NCBI RefSeq assembly: GCF_006345805.1
Contig: NC_043005.1
Coordinates: forward strand, 108,872,001 to 108,936,000
Length of the DNA: 64,000 bases
Direction of reading: 5' to 3'
From: Octopus sinensis
Taxonomy: Eukaryota
In this document: one piece after another, positions 51,129 to 64,000 of the stretch
How the letters are laid out: every line of letters starts with the position of its first letter
Numbering within the stretch: the first letter of the stretch is position 1
Position numbers and translations under genes: made by a program
Notes under the pieces: model-generated
What the model saw: the letters and a program-made list of their open reading frames with translations, nothing else
Database searches by the model: none
Told to the model about the DNA's origin: nothing

Positions 51129-52040
51129 TTCATCATCATCATCATCATCATCATCAACACCACCACCAGTGTCAGCATCATCATCCTCATCACCACCAGT
51201 ACCACAGCCACAATCATCATCATGCTCACCACCACCACCACCACCACCATCATCATCATCACCACCACTACCATCATCAGCATCAACATTAACTCCCTCC
51301 CTGTCATTTCGAGGTGATTTATTAAAACTCTCTTTAACAAGTTCACTAATTATTATGTTATGATGACTCTCTGATAGCAAAAGTAATTTGTCAGGTTAAT
51401 TCTTGTCTGACCTTGAAGATAAGCAAATCTGTCGACCCAGGAAAAACATGTCCGAAGGAAAGGGACAACGAGGGATGGCGCATCCTTGTTTGTTTATGTT
51501 TTTTGCATGACTGTTATCATCGTCAACATCATCATCATCATCACCATCATCATGATCATCATCATGATCATGATCATCATCACCATCACCATACCATCAT
51601 CATCATCATCATCACCACCACCACCACCATTATCATCATCATCATTATCGTCGTCGTCATCATCATCATCATCATCATCATCATCGTCGTCGTCATCATC
51701 ATCATCAACATCATCATCATCACCACCATCATCATCATCATCATCATCACCATCATCACCACCACCACCACCACCATTATCATCATCATCATTACCATCA
51801 TCATCATCATCATCATCGTCGTCATCATCATCACCATCATCACCACCATCATCACCACTACCATCATCATCATCACCATCACCATCACCATCATCATCAT
51901 CATCATCATCACCGTCGCCATCCTGTCATCCTAACAATTGCTGCAATCATCAATATCACCATCATCAGCACTATTATTGCTATCACCATCACAGCTGCCA
52001 CCCCCCCCCCACCCCCATCACAACCACCACCATCATCCTT
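50785..52040. repeat. Two (CAT)n/(CAC)n compound microsatellites (50785-51285, 51515-52040)
   Basis: Direct reading. Confidence 0.95.
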
Positions 52041-52172
52041 AAAATGTTGTTTCCAAACATTTTTCATCCCAAAAGCAACAAGACAAGCAAACAAGGAAAC
52101 CAATGCAGTAGTTTTTTTTATATTTTGCAAATTAAAAGCACTAAGCAGTGATTTATATAACGACAACAAAGG

Positions 52173-52790
52173 TGGCAAGCTGGCAGAAATGTTAGCACGC
52201 CGGGCAAAATGCGTAGCCGTATTTTGTCTGCTGCTACATTCTGAGATCAAATTCTGCTGAGGTCAACTTTGCCTTTCATCCTTTCGGGGTCGATAAATTA
52301 AGTACCGGTTACGTACTGGGGTTGATGTAATCAACTTAATCCGTTTGTCTGTCCTTGTTTGTCCCTTCTGTATTTAGCCCCTTCTGGGTAATAAAGAAAT
52401 AAGAAACGTTAGCACACCGGGATGATAGCACTAAGCAGGGATGTGTTTAAATATAAACTTGTTACCAGTTCAAACATGCTTGAGGTAAATTCGAAGCCAT
52501 TCACCATGTTTTGACATGGATGACCTTTCTTGCAGTTGATAGTTACTATATAATCCTTTGAAGGCGGTGAGCTGGCAGAAACGTTAGCACACCGGGCAAA
52601 ATGCTTAGCAGCATTTCGACTGTCTTTATGTTCTGGGTTCAAATTCCACCAAGGTCGACTTTGCCTTTCATCCTTTCAGGGTCGATAAATTAAGTACCAG
52701 TTACGCACTGGGGTCGATATAATTGACTTAATCCGTTTGTCTGTCCTTGTTTGTCCCCTCTGTGTTTAGCCCCTTGTGGGCAGTAAAGAA
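52173..52790 (+). mobile_element. Two SINE family B copies (52173-52420, 52560-52790)
   Basis: gagctggcagaaacgttagcac ... taaagaaata, twice. Confidence 0.88.
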
Positions 52791-52802
52791 ATATATATAA
52801 AA

Positions 52803-53027
52803 ATAAACTTGTTACCGGTTCAAATATGTTTGTACCATATTCAAAATATTCTCACTGTAGACTAAAAGGTGTAAACACACCAGATCACAAAGCGCCCTCT
52901 GTCCAGCTCAAAATGCTCTCATCTTTTCATCCACAGTGAGAATATTTTCCATGACAAAAATCCAATGAATAGCCTTCTTATGGATTCAAATATGTTTCAA
53001 GTATATTTGAAATGGTAACAAGTTTAT
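52803..53027. mobile_element. MITE with about 25-bp TIR; further ends at 52453 and 54165-54190
   Basis: ataaacttgttaccggttcaaatat versus atatttgaaatggtaacaagtttat; inner inverted repeat aatattctcactgt/acagtgagaatatt. Confidence 0.65.
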
Positions 53028-53903
53028 ATTTATATTAGTCACTTCTTAGCACTTCTAATCTGTATTATGCTATGACTGAGCCACTAATTAGTAATGTCGG
53101 TTCCAGTCTCTTAGTCAGTTTGAAGTTGCCTCTCTCTCTCTCGAAAAGCAAGATAGGGCTTGAGAGGAGACAGCTGTCTAGAAGTGTATATGAGAAAAGA
53201 TGGAAGGATGTGGTAAGGAAGTTGGGAGTGAGTGTCCCTACTTAATCTACCATGAGGGAAAAAAATGGATGTAGCCTTTGGACAGTAGATCAACAAGGAA
53301 AAGTGCAAGGGAATCTAAATTTTTATATCATATAAATCATCTATTTTTAACTGATATATTTTTGTGTTAATAAAACGAACTGAAAAAACTCGTTGAGTAT
53401 TTCTTTCTTAATGTTTTGTATTGTCCTGTACTGTCCTTCTATATTAGATCTTATGATCATAATAAAGAAATCTCTCTGTCTCTCTCTGTCTCTCTCTGTC
53501 TTCTCTGTACAGTCGCCGTTATGAAAGAGTGTACTTGGAGGACCAGAATGAAAGGAGTCATGACAGGAGCCTTTATCTCCAGGCCAGGCTTCCTGTATTT
53601 CTTTAGATTCCATCTGAGGAGCAAGATAAGGCTGGAGACAAGGCATCAGTTGTGAGGCATATATGAGAAAAGATAGAAGGATGTTGTGAGGAAGTTGGGA
53701 GTGACTGTCCCTACTTAATCCCATGGCAGAAGGGTCCAGTCTCTAGCCTTCTGGACCACAGTCAGTGCTTTTAAAAAATTTTAATTATATATATATAAAA
53801 TATTTTTCAAGTCTTCAAATAAGCTCACCAAACATCATTAAAAGTTTTGTAATGTTTTGTAATGTCTGTTCTATGTTTCGAATGTAAATATTCATAACAA
53901 AGA

Positions 53904-53940
<37 letters not shown>

Positions 53941-53955
53941 TTCTCTCTCTTTCTT

Positions 53956-53993
<38 letters not shown>

Positions 53994-54454
53994 AGTGTAT
54001 AATTCTGATGAGAATATAACTGCTTGGAAATGCATGTCTCCATCAATCTGGATAGAGGGCGCTTTGAACTGACCCAGTGTTCTCTCACCATTTTGTCTGC
54101 AGTGAAAACATTTCTCCACGTCAAAATGCTGGGAATTCCCTGTTAACAGGTTCAAATACGTCTCAGGCATATTTGAACCGGTAGCAATTTTCTTTTCTTT
54201 TTTTTTTCTATTTTTGATAATTTTTCTCTTTTAGGCAAATAAATCAATTCTTATTACAATAATTGTAGTTGGTTTTTATTGTTCTTTCCTCGTAATTATT
54301 ATTATTATCATTATTCTTGTGAACTGTGCATGTCTGCTTTCATCTAACATTCAATGATATATTTCATTTTTAATCATTATCATTGCCATTATTTTTATTC
54401 TAATCATTATTTTATTTTTTAGAAGCCATATAAAGAAATCATATGAAAGAAATC

Positions 54455-54467
54455 ATCATTATTATTA

Positions 54468-54530
<63 letters not shown>

Positions 54531-54543
54531 ATCATCAGTGTTG

Positions 54544-54598
<55 letters not shown>

Positions 54599-54621
54599 TA
54601 TTGTTGTTGTTATTATTAGTA

Positions 54622-54688
<67 letters not shown>

Positions 54689-54728
54689 CATTATTATCAT
54701 TATTATTATTATTATTATCATTATTATC

Positions 54729-54777
<49 letters not shown>

Positions 54778-54778
54778 G
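54455..54778. repeat. (TTA)n/(TTG)n microsatellite
   Basis: Direct reading. Confidence 0.97.
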
Positions 54779-55591
54779 ATAAAAAAAATAAGTAAACGAA
54801 ATACTTAAAAATAAAGAAAAACAGAAAAAATATCATCATCATCATCATTATTTTTTGTTGTTGTTTATTTTTTTCTTCTCTGTTTCATTATATTTATGTT
54901 GTTTTATTATAATTTTATATCAAGTTTTGTTCCTATTTAGAAGTCTCTTTAATCTCCCAATTCACACAACATGCCATTTCTAATGGATTTTATTTTTATA
55001 TTTAGAATTTTGAGTTTTGTTTTTGACATTTAAAAAAAAAACTTGTGCATCTATGTGGAGGTGTGTGTGTCTGTTTGTGTGTGTACTGTTGTATATCTGC
55101 ATGTGCTTATGAGTGCATATCTATGTGTGTATATATTGGTATGTTTTTATATGGGCGTAAGTGGGTGTGTGTGTGTGTCTGAGCATTTAGTGATCATTTT
55201 CTCATTTGTTCAACAACAACAATAACAACTTCAACAAAAAGGGTAACAATAATAATAATAACAATAACGTCAACAGCAACAACAATTAGGATAATATCAA
55301 CAACAACACAGACACTAAAAGGAAGACAACAATAACAAGAACAACACCAAAGTTAACAACAATCATATCAATGACAAAAATGACAACAGCATCTATAAAA
55401 ATGATAATAATAATAATAAGAAGAAGAACACGAAGTGCAGTAGAGGTGTCTAACACAAATGCAGGTCTAACTGCAAAAAGAAGGGCAATAAGATCAAATG
55501 GAAATGGTTACAACAACATTCTTAAAACCAAAATCACATCAACAATAACAAGTGATGGACGTTAAATGGAAAACAATAGACATAACCACAG

Positions 55592-55858
55592 CAATTACAA
55601 CAATAGCTTGTATATGGAATTAACCACTATTAGGTTGTCTCACATGCTGGAAATACCAACCAAATCTCTTTCAAATCACTCAATTACAACAATAGCTTGT
55701 ATATGAAATTAACCACTATTAGGTTGTCTGACATGCTGGAAATACCAACCAAATCTCTTTCAAATCACTCAATTACAACAATAGCTTGTATATGAATTTA
55801 ACCACTATTAGGTTGCCTGACATGCTGGAAATACCAACCAAATCTCTTTCAAATCACA
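55592..55858. repeat. Three copies of an 89-bp tandem repeat
   Basis: caattacaacaatagcttgtatatg at 55592, 55681 and 55770. Confidence 0.95.
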
Positions 55859-56374
55859 CTTTACTTTCTTAAGAAAAAGGCATGATGTAGTCCAAGGTAC
55901 ACTAGGCCAGAAAGCAAGATGTGATGGTGGCAGCAGGAATGCTTTACATCATTACTCTTCTTAGACAGAGCTATATTGTTGATCATAGTTGTTCTCAATG
56001 TGGTTGGTGGGGAAACATATAAGAAACTTGGAGACATGTGTGTGTGTGGGGGGAGTTGACCCGGCCGGAGCATTGGTGGAGTTCAATGAGCTGCCACCAA
56101 TAATTGATTTGTTAGAACTTGAGCAGTATATGAGACGTTAAAAGGAAAAAAAATAATTTCTTGTTTTTTTTTTTAAAAAAAAGGAAAAAATTAGAAAGGA
56201 AAAAGTTTTAAAAAAAAAAACGATAATTGAGGAAAGAAAAAAAAACAACAGATAGTGACTGTGTGTACAAACATTCAAATGTTACAGCATGAGGAGTGGG
56301 GTCCATGCAGCCATTCATCTTTCATTATTATATGATATTCATAATCATTCGTTTTGTGCTTTTTGTCCCCACTC

Positions 56375-56573
56375 TCTCTTTTACTCTTTTACTTGTTTCA
56401 GTCATTTTTGACTGCGGCCATGCTGGAGCACCACCTTTAATCGAGCAACTCGACCCCGGGACTTATTCTTTTGTAAGTCCAGTACTTATTCTATCGGTCT
56501 CTTTTGCCAAACCACTAAGTAACGGGGACATAAACACACCAGCATCGGTTGTCAAGCAATGCTAGGGGGACAA

Positions 56574-56604
<31 letters not shown>

Positions 56605-56768
56605 CGACTGGCTTCTTTCAGTTTCCGTCTACCAAATCCACTCACAAGGCTTTGGCCAGCCCAAGGCTATAGTAGAAGACACTTGCCCAAGGTGCCACGC
56701 AGTGGGACTGAACCCAGAACCATGTGGCTGGTAAACAAGCTACTTACCACACAGCCACTCCTGCGCCT
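56375..56768 (-). mobile_element. SINE family A
   Basis: Reverse complement of the full A element. Confidence 0.88.
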
Positions 56769-57599
56769 GGTGTTGTGTCTGTCCTTGTAGTATCCCCTCT
56801 GTGTTAGTGGCCTGAGTGCCAAAATAAAGAAAATGTTCTCAATGAAGGTTTATCTAGGGGTAACAAGAACATCAACAATGACAACCCAAAAGGCAACCAG
56901 TTAAATTTCTCATTTCTGACATAATATCAAGCACTTTTAGAATGCTCATAGAATTTGATTATCCCCAGTTAATTACTAGTATGCTTTTAGGAGTATTGGT
57001 AGACTAAAAGACGTAGTCAATCCCAGCAGGATTTAAACTTGGTATACAAAAATATTGGACTAAATATAAATACAATGAATCTTATTAGGCATTCTACCAT
57101 TTCTACCATAAAATTCTTAGAATGACAATGGTGGTGCCCCAGCATGGCCACACCCTCGGTCTGAAACAAGTAAAGGTAAGTAACAATATTATTTTTTATT
57201 ATTTCATTTACTTATTTATTAATTAAACTTGGTCAAAGCCTCTCCCCAGTATTTTACTGGTACTGAATTTTTCATTCCAGGTTACTGAAATTTGACAGGA
57301 TCTGAACATTGAATGAAAACTCAAGGCTATGACTAAATTTTGCCTTAACCACAAGGGTAATAACAACGTTGATAATGAATGGACCTCTATGAGATTGTTT
57401 GATTTGCTAGACAAAGCAGCTAAATTATCCTTAAATGATACTTAACCATCTGGAAATAGGAAGGACACATCAAATAATATCTGGAATAGAGCGTGTCCAA
57501 AAGAAAAGGGGGGATGGTCATGGCCACAATGCCTTTGAACATAGGTTTACTCAATAAACCAACTTGGGTTAAACAATGATATATATCAAACTAAACTCT

Positions 57600-58015
57600 C
57601 TCTTTACTCTTTTACTGTCTCTTTTACTTGTTTCAGTCAGTTTACTGTGGCCATGCTGGAGCACCACCTTTAGTTGAGCAAATCGACCCCAGGACTTATT
57701 CTTTGTAAGCCTAGTACTTATTCTGTTGGTCTCTTTTGCCGAACCGCTAAGTTACGGGGACATAAATAAGCCAGCATCAGTTGTCAAGCAATATTGGGGG
57801 GACAAACACAGACACACAAACATATATACACACATACATATATATACATATATACCACGGGCTTCTTTTAGTTTCCATCTACCAAATCTACTCACAAGGC
57901 TTTGGTCGGCCAGAGGCTATAGTAGAAGACACTTGCCCAAGGTGCCACACAGTGGGACTGAACCCAGAACCATGAGGTTGGTAAGTAAGCTACTTACCAC
58001 ACAGCCACTCCTGCA
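57600..58015 (-). mobile_element. SINE family A
   Basis: Reverse complement of the full A element. Confidence 0.88.
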
Positions 58016-58240
58016 CCTATATATAAAAAAAATCAAGATTATATTGTTTTAATTTACCTCAGTATATTTGATATAATTATACTTTTTAATTGCTACCAAG
58101 GAAACAGAATTTCATTTTGTAGGCATGATATACTACCAAGTATACTAAAAGCTTACAATTCAATATTATGCTTTACTTTTGTGTTAGCAGTATGATGTTC
58201 TAATTTCTAAGCTTATTTCTAAAGATGTTTCAATAGAATT

Positions 58241-59673
58241 TGGTATATGGTTTGACTTTGTGTATTTTGAGTTCAATTACTACCTTTTGTAAATGGAAAA
58301 TATTTGGTTTTTTAGGCCTGAAAAAAAATTTCTATAGAATTTGGAGCCAATACTGAAAGTTACAATGTTTTATATACAGACCTGCCTATGTAAAACAATG
58401 CAATCGAAGATAGAAAAATAAGCAACTGATGTATATACATATTTCAAGAGTTATTGTTCTTTCATCAGTACCACATACGACCAATCAACCATCATGTGCT
58501 TCAGTCTCTGATGCAACACCAGTCCCTTCATCCAAAAGTCACCACTCTATCTACATTCTATTTTATGGATTGTTTCAGCTCTTTAAAAATGTTACTTACT
58601 GTATCAAATACCAATTCCATGGCCTATTGCACAACATACAGAGGAAACCAATTACTTAAGAGAGCAGTTATTGAAAATTTTATGAAATATCAAAGGAGTC
58701 TCTGAAATTTGTTGCCCAGCACTTCATTTCTCAGGGTCACTCCTACCTTCAGCTTGCTATTTACTAATAAGTACAGCACATAGCTTCTCATTTGCCAGCT
58801 TTATGAAAATTTATATTCTAGCATCCATTTCAGAATATGATGCTTCCCATCACACATGAATGGAGTTCCAAGATACTTAAACTTTACTTATCTAGGTGAT
58901 GTTCCAATAACAAGTGGAACACTCTGAAAGAACTTTCTTGGGAGCACCAATGTATCAGTCTTTGCAACACCAATTCTTATTCCTACTTGCTGCACTTGTA
59001 GTGAATCCATTTAGTTCATGCTGGGGATCACATTCTGAGGAGCTGTGTGGTCCTGACTGATCCTGCATCAACCATTGAGACCAAACTATGCATCAGTCAT
59101 TGAGACCAAAATGATATTGATTTATTGCATATATTGTTTTAATAAATAAAAGAACATTAGAGAGGCTTCGATGTTATTATGACATAATCAGTGAACTATA
59201 CTAACTTGTGTGGAGCTTTGTACCCATAATTTGTGACTCATTCATCACTGCTTCAACAAGTATAGTCAAATTATATGCTTTGCTGACAAGGTCACAATAT
59301 GACCAGAGTTGTCTTTTTGTACTGGACAAATTAATTCGAATAGTCTTTGAGTGCATAGTGAATATTCCTTTACATTCTGTTTTGGGTGCTGATGTGACAG
59401 ATCAGCTTAAATACCTTTAGAATTGAAATACCTTTAGTATGTGATACTGATGAAAGAACAATAACTCTTGAAATATGTATATACACCCATTGCCTATTTT
59501 TCTCTCTTCGAGTGCATTGTCTACATAGGCATATCCGTATATAAAACATTGTAACTTTCTGTATTGGCTCCAAATTCTATAGAAAATTTTTTTCAGGTCT
59601 AAAAAACAAAATATTTTCCATTTACAAAAGGTAGTAATTGAACTCAAAATACACAAAGTCAAACCATATACCA
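58241..59673. repeat. Long inverted repeat (238-bp arms, 958-bp spacer); foldback or long-TIR element
   Basis: 58241-58478 versus 59437-59673, about 90 percent identical by eye. Confidence 0.88.
58640..58990 (-). mobile_element. Decayed RTE RT-thumb fragment inside the inverted-repeat spacer
   Basis: Translation GIRIGVAKTDTLVL...VKFKYLGTPFMCDGK resembles the RTE motif KT..M....EKFKYLG..F..DG. Confidence 0.55.
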
Positions 59674-60431
59674 CAAGTTATCTCCTCTAATACGCTAACA
59701 TTTTGCCAATCCATCATCCTAGACTGTCATTATATTCATTGACGCCAAAAGAACAAAGAGTAAAGTTGATATAGGTAAGACTGGGGCTTGGTGTACAAAG
59801 CGACAGAAAAAATAAGTATCTATCTGACAATCTAATATTCATTTAGCCAATTTAATATCCAAATTAAAATATTACCCACTAATTAATACTGCTTTGGCGT
59901 CATTGCATAATTATCTTTATTCAGCATTTTAATGTTACCTGCATGAAGTATGTTAATGTAACTTAAGTTCTATTTTTCACACAGAAGGTGTCCCCAAGTA
60001 AATTATTCTTTGAACATATATGCTAGATTATAATGAGGTTCCTTTAGTTTAATTTGTTCAGCGTCACATACAAATTAAAAAATAAATACAGAATGAGTGA
60101 ATTATTCTTTGCAATATAATTTAATAATTTGTCTTTGATACTGTGAACTATACCATCTCCAATAGAGCCTATATATGATCGCTCAATTTGTTAGAAATAG
60201 AAGCCAAATCTTACACAGTTTATACCCAATTATCTCAGAAAAGAAATTAAAGACCCATTGGTTTGTGTAGTCCTAGATAAACTCTATATAAATAAAACAT
60301 ATTATAGCTAGAATATCTTTAATCAAAAACGTTTCATTATACTAATAATGACGTTTAGTATTTGATATGTAGATGTCTCCACAACATGAAAGAAATCCTT
60401 ATTACTATGATTATTATTATTGTTATTATGG

Positions 60432-60630
60432 AAGGTGATGAGCTGGCAGAATTGTTACCATGCTGGACAAAATGCCTTCTGGCTTTACATTCTGAGATCA
60501 AATCCTACCAAGGTCAACTTTGCTTTTGTCTTTTCAGGGTTGATAAAATAAATTCCAGTAGGACACTGGGTCGATATAATCAACATACCCACTCCCTAGA
60601 AATTTCTGGCCTTGTGCCAAAATTTGAAAT
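60432..60630 (+). mobile_element. SINE family B, diverged
   Basis: gagctggcagaattgttacc...ttctgagatcaaatcc. Confidence 0.72.
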
Positions 60631-60885
60631 TATTATTCAATCACTTTTCATGTTATTTTGAATGGCATTTAACCAATGTGAATCAAAGAAATTTTATAAA
60701 GTCAAACAGATGAATGCTACATTTATGACTGGATGATATAATAATCTATGGCATTAGCTCTCCATTAACAGTAATTTCAAAGATTAACTGTAGAACTCAA
60801 GTGTAAATCTCTCTTGAGTTTGGAGGCCTTTCGATGATATGTACAGGTTAACTTTCAGTTGTTGCTTGTACTCATTTATACTGAG

Positions 60886-61607
60886 TGACCTGAAACAATA
60901 TCTAGTGAAGTGCCTTGCTCAAGGACTCAACATACTGCATACTCCAAGAACTGACTTCACAAACATACACTTATGAGCTTTACACCCGAACCATTTAGTC
61001 ATGTATTTATGAAAGCCAATAAAATCCCTCGTCAATTTTACACTGGTAATACAGTTTACCACAGGGAATTACACTAACATCTTTGTACCTAGGGGAAATC
61101 AACAGTTTGAACATAACTATCTTTGTATCTAGCACATCTCAATGACAGTAGATCAATCTGAACCAACAAACGATATATTGGTTGTTTGGTTACAATCTTG
61201 GCAACCCAGCATCACTGGGGTTCTTATAGCTAGTGTAGAGCAGTTATGACCTGAAACAATATTAAGTGAAGTGCCTTGCTCAAGGACTCAATACACTGCA
61301 TACTCCAGGAACTGACTCCACAAACATACACTTATGAGCTTTACACCCAAACCATTCAGTCATGTATTTATGAAAGCCAATAAAAAGCCTCGTTAATTTT
61401 ACACTGCTAATACATTTTACCGCAGGGAATTACACTAACATCTTTGTACCTTGGTGAAAGCAACAGTTTGAACATAACTATCTTTGCAACTGGCATAACT
61501 CAACGACTTTAGACCAATCTGAACCAACAAACGATATATTGGTTGTTTGGTTACCATCCTGGCAACCCAGCATCACTGGGGTTCTTATAGCTAGTGTAGA
61601 ACAGTTA
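60886..61607. repeat. 361-bp tandem duplication
   Basis: tgacctgaaacaata occurs at 60886 and 61247, and both units end tagtgtaga(g/a)cagtta. Confidence 0.9.
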
Positions 61608-62139
61608 AAAACCATTCCATAATATAACAGAGCCATGTACAAAGGTGAACAAATTACATTTACATATATAAAGTTACATTATATACAACACGTAACTTGA
61701 TTGAAATGAGAAAGTGTTCAAAGAACATTCTGGACTTTGTACACAAAAGTAAATCATTGTATGTTGGATAAATGTTTGTGTGGGTTTTAATATGTCAACC
61801 TTAATGAAGCAAACCTGTAGCATATTTCAATAAAAGAAGAAAGGGCTATTGTACAATGCTGACAACAATGGATCGTGAATATCACAATAATGTTTGCTTA
61901 TATCTATAAACTGGTAATTAATATGCATATGTGTGTGTATGTATGTATGCATACAAGTGTGTATCTGTGCATAAGTATGTGAGCGTGTATTTCTATGTTT
62001 ATCAACTTCATATCTATCTTTTCAACAATCTATATCACAATTCATAATACATACACCGCATGCATATATATAAATGATTGCCTTATATATTTGTGTGTGA
62101 CTGCATGTATGTACATATATATGCATATAAATAAATCTA

Positions 62140-62204
62140 TTTATCAATCAATTTATCTATCTATCAATCTATCTCTCTATCTATCTATCTATCTATCTAT
62201 CAAT

Positions 62205-62264
<60 letters not shown>

Positions 62265-62548
62265 TTATCTGTCCATCTATCTATCTATATAGATAGATAG
62301 ATAGACAGATAGACAGACAGACATACAGACAGATAGATAGACATGTTCACACTCTCACATATGACATACACATAGATATATATGAATATATTTATCAGTC
62401 TATTTCTTTGTCTGTCTGTCTATCTGTGTATCAGTTTTCTATCTATCTACCTATCTATCCATCCCTCCTCTTTATATATATATATAGATGTAGATATATA
62501 TATATATATATAATATATATACATATATATATATATAATATATATATA

Positions 62549-62580
<32 letters not shown>

Positions 62581-62600
62581 CTGTGTGTGTGTGTGTGTAT
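62140..62600. repeat. (ATCT)n/(AGAT)n/(TA)n tracts
   Basis: Direct reading. Confidence 0.92.
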
Positions 62601-64000
62601 GACTTCATAATTTCTAAATATTGTGTAATTAATATATTTCATGTAGCTGTATATGAAGGTTGTGTGGTAGTATTGCACAAAACTATTTGTTGAAAGAGTT
62701 CATATCTAGAAAATGTTGTACAGCTTCTAATAAAATAATGCGTGTGAATGCATAAATATTTATACACACACATACATCCACACACACACACACATACAAT
62801 TACGCACACATATATGTATTGTCATCAAAGTATAAATAATTGGTAAAGCCACAGATTCAGCACCGTCTCCCCCTCCTCCGCCTTCATCTTACTGCAGCCA
62901 TGACGACCAAATGACAATAAACTCCACAAGAGTTTGAATTTGTAGAACAGTCGTCATACATAATTGTATGTCAGTGGTGTTGGTGTTGGTGGTGTTGCTG
63001 CTGCTGATGGTGGTGGTGGTGATTATGATGATGATGATAATCATGATGATGATGTTGACAATGTGTTTGTTGTTGTTATCATTGTTATTGTTGTTGGTTG
63101 CATCTTTGTTTTTGCTATTGTCGTTGTTCCTGTTGGTATAATGGTAGTTCAGGTAATGATGGTGGTGGCAGCGGTAGCAGAGGCAGTGGTGGTGATGGTG
63201 GTGGTGGTGGTAGTGGTGGTGGTGGAGCGGGAAGTGTGTGGAGCAACAGAAGATGCACTGAAGGATGGGGGTGGGCGGGGTGGGAGAGAGAGAGGGAAGC
63301 AGAAATAACGGTATGAGTTGATATGATATCAAAAGCTTTCGCACGGACTGGGAGGGTGGTGGTCGTGGCGGAGTGGAAAGAAGTAAAGCGATATAGCAGC
63401 AATAATATATTTTGATATCGAAGTGATAACGAACAATGAAATCAATTATATACTTTAATATCAAAGAGATAGCAAATGAGCCATTCACAAGTCTGTATTA
63501 GAAACGGAAATCGCTATCGGAGAAAAAATTTGCCCCCCTCCGTTGTGAAATGTTGACAAGCAATAATGTAGAAGTCAACTAGGTTGACCAATCAGTGAAT
63601 GAGTCTTGAATCAAGAGTTAATGAATCAAATACAAATTGAAAGAAAGTCATTGGCGGGTGACACGCACTGATGGGGAAGGGGAGGTAGGGGGGCTGAACG
63701 GCAGAGGGGTGGGGCCGAGCGGTGAACATATTATTGCGTAAAACGACGATGGAACTGCAATCTGTTGAAGTAATGTTACTGCTGCTCCCGCTGCTGCTGC
63801 TGCTACTGCTGCTACTGTTATGACTACTACTATTAGTAGTAGTAGTGAGAAAGTTGTTTTATTGGCCACAAGGGCTCATATACAGAGTACAAAAGCAGAT
63901 TGTAAATGATACAGTGGGTATATGCATATTTATATACATGTATGTATGCATGTATAAATAAAATATATATACATATGTACATATGTATGTGTGTGTATAT

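Noticed and set aside
54000-54050. CTGATGA...GAAA hammerhead-like words; also at 7869 and 41381
   Set aside because: No stem II, a G at position 17, or no stem I pairing.

Overview
This is AT-rich, repeat-saturated, non-coding animal genomic DNA. The SINE families, the (CCCTAA)n tract and the microsatellite load suggest a coleoid cephalopod, probably Octopus; this is inferred from recognised repeat families, not from a database hit. No host protein-coding exon can be supported, and nearly all long ORFs in the track are translated microsatellites or SINEs. Real coding remnants are all decayed retroelements or transposons: R4/Dong-like and Hero-like RLE LINEs, RTE LINEs, a Tx1-like 3' end, Penelope-like (PLE) RT and GIY-YIG pieces, and a pogo/Tigger piece. 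Several tRNA-derived SINE families, MITEs and many inverted and tandem duplications make up most of the rest. The main result is hammerhead ribozyme (HHR) motifs in four different small elements. They are (i) a 355-bp-period, retrozyme-like tandem element with an inverted end whose HHR has a compensatory U3-A8 core (24697-24737), (ii) a tRNA-headed, direct-repeat-flanked element carrying a minimal HHR (11221-11266), (iii) an HHR with a long folded stem II (10096-10183, minus) and (iv) a degenerate HHR (16125-16187, minus). All structure calls were made by eye and need folding and cleavage tests.
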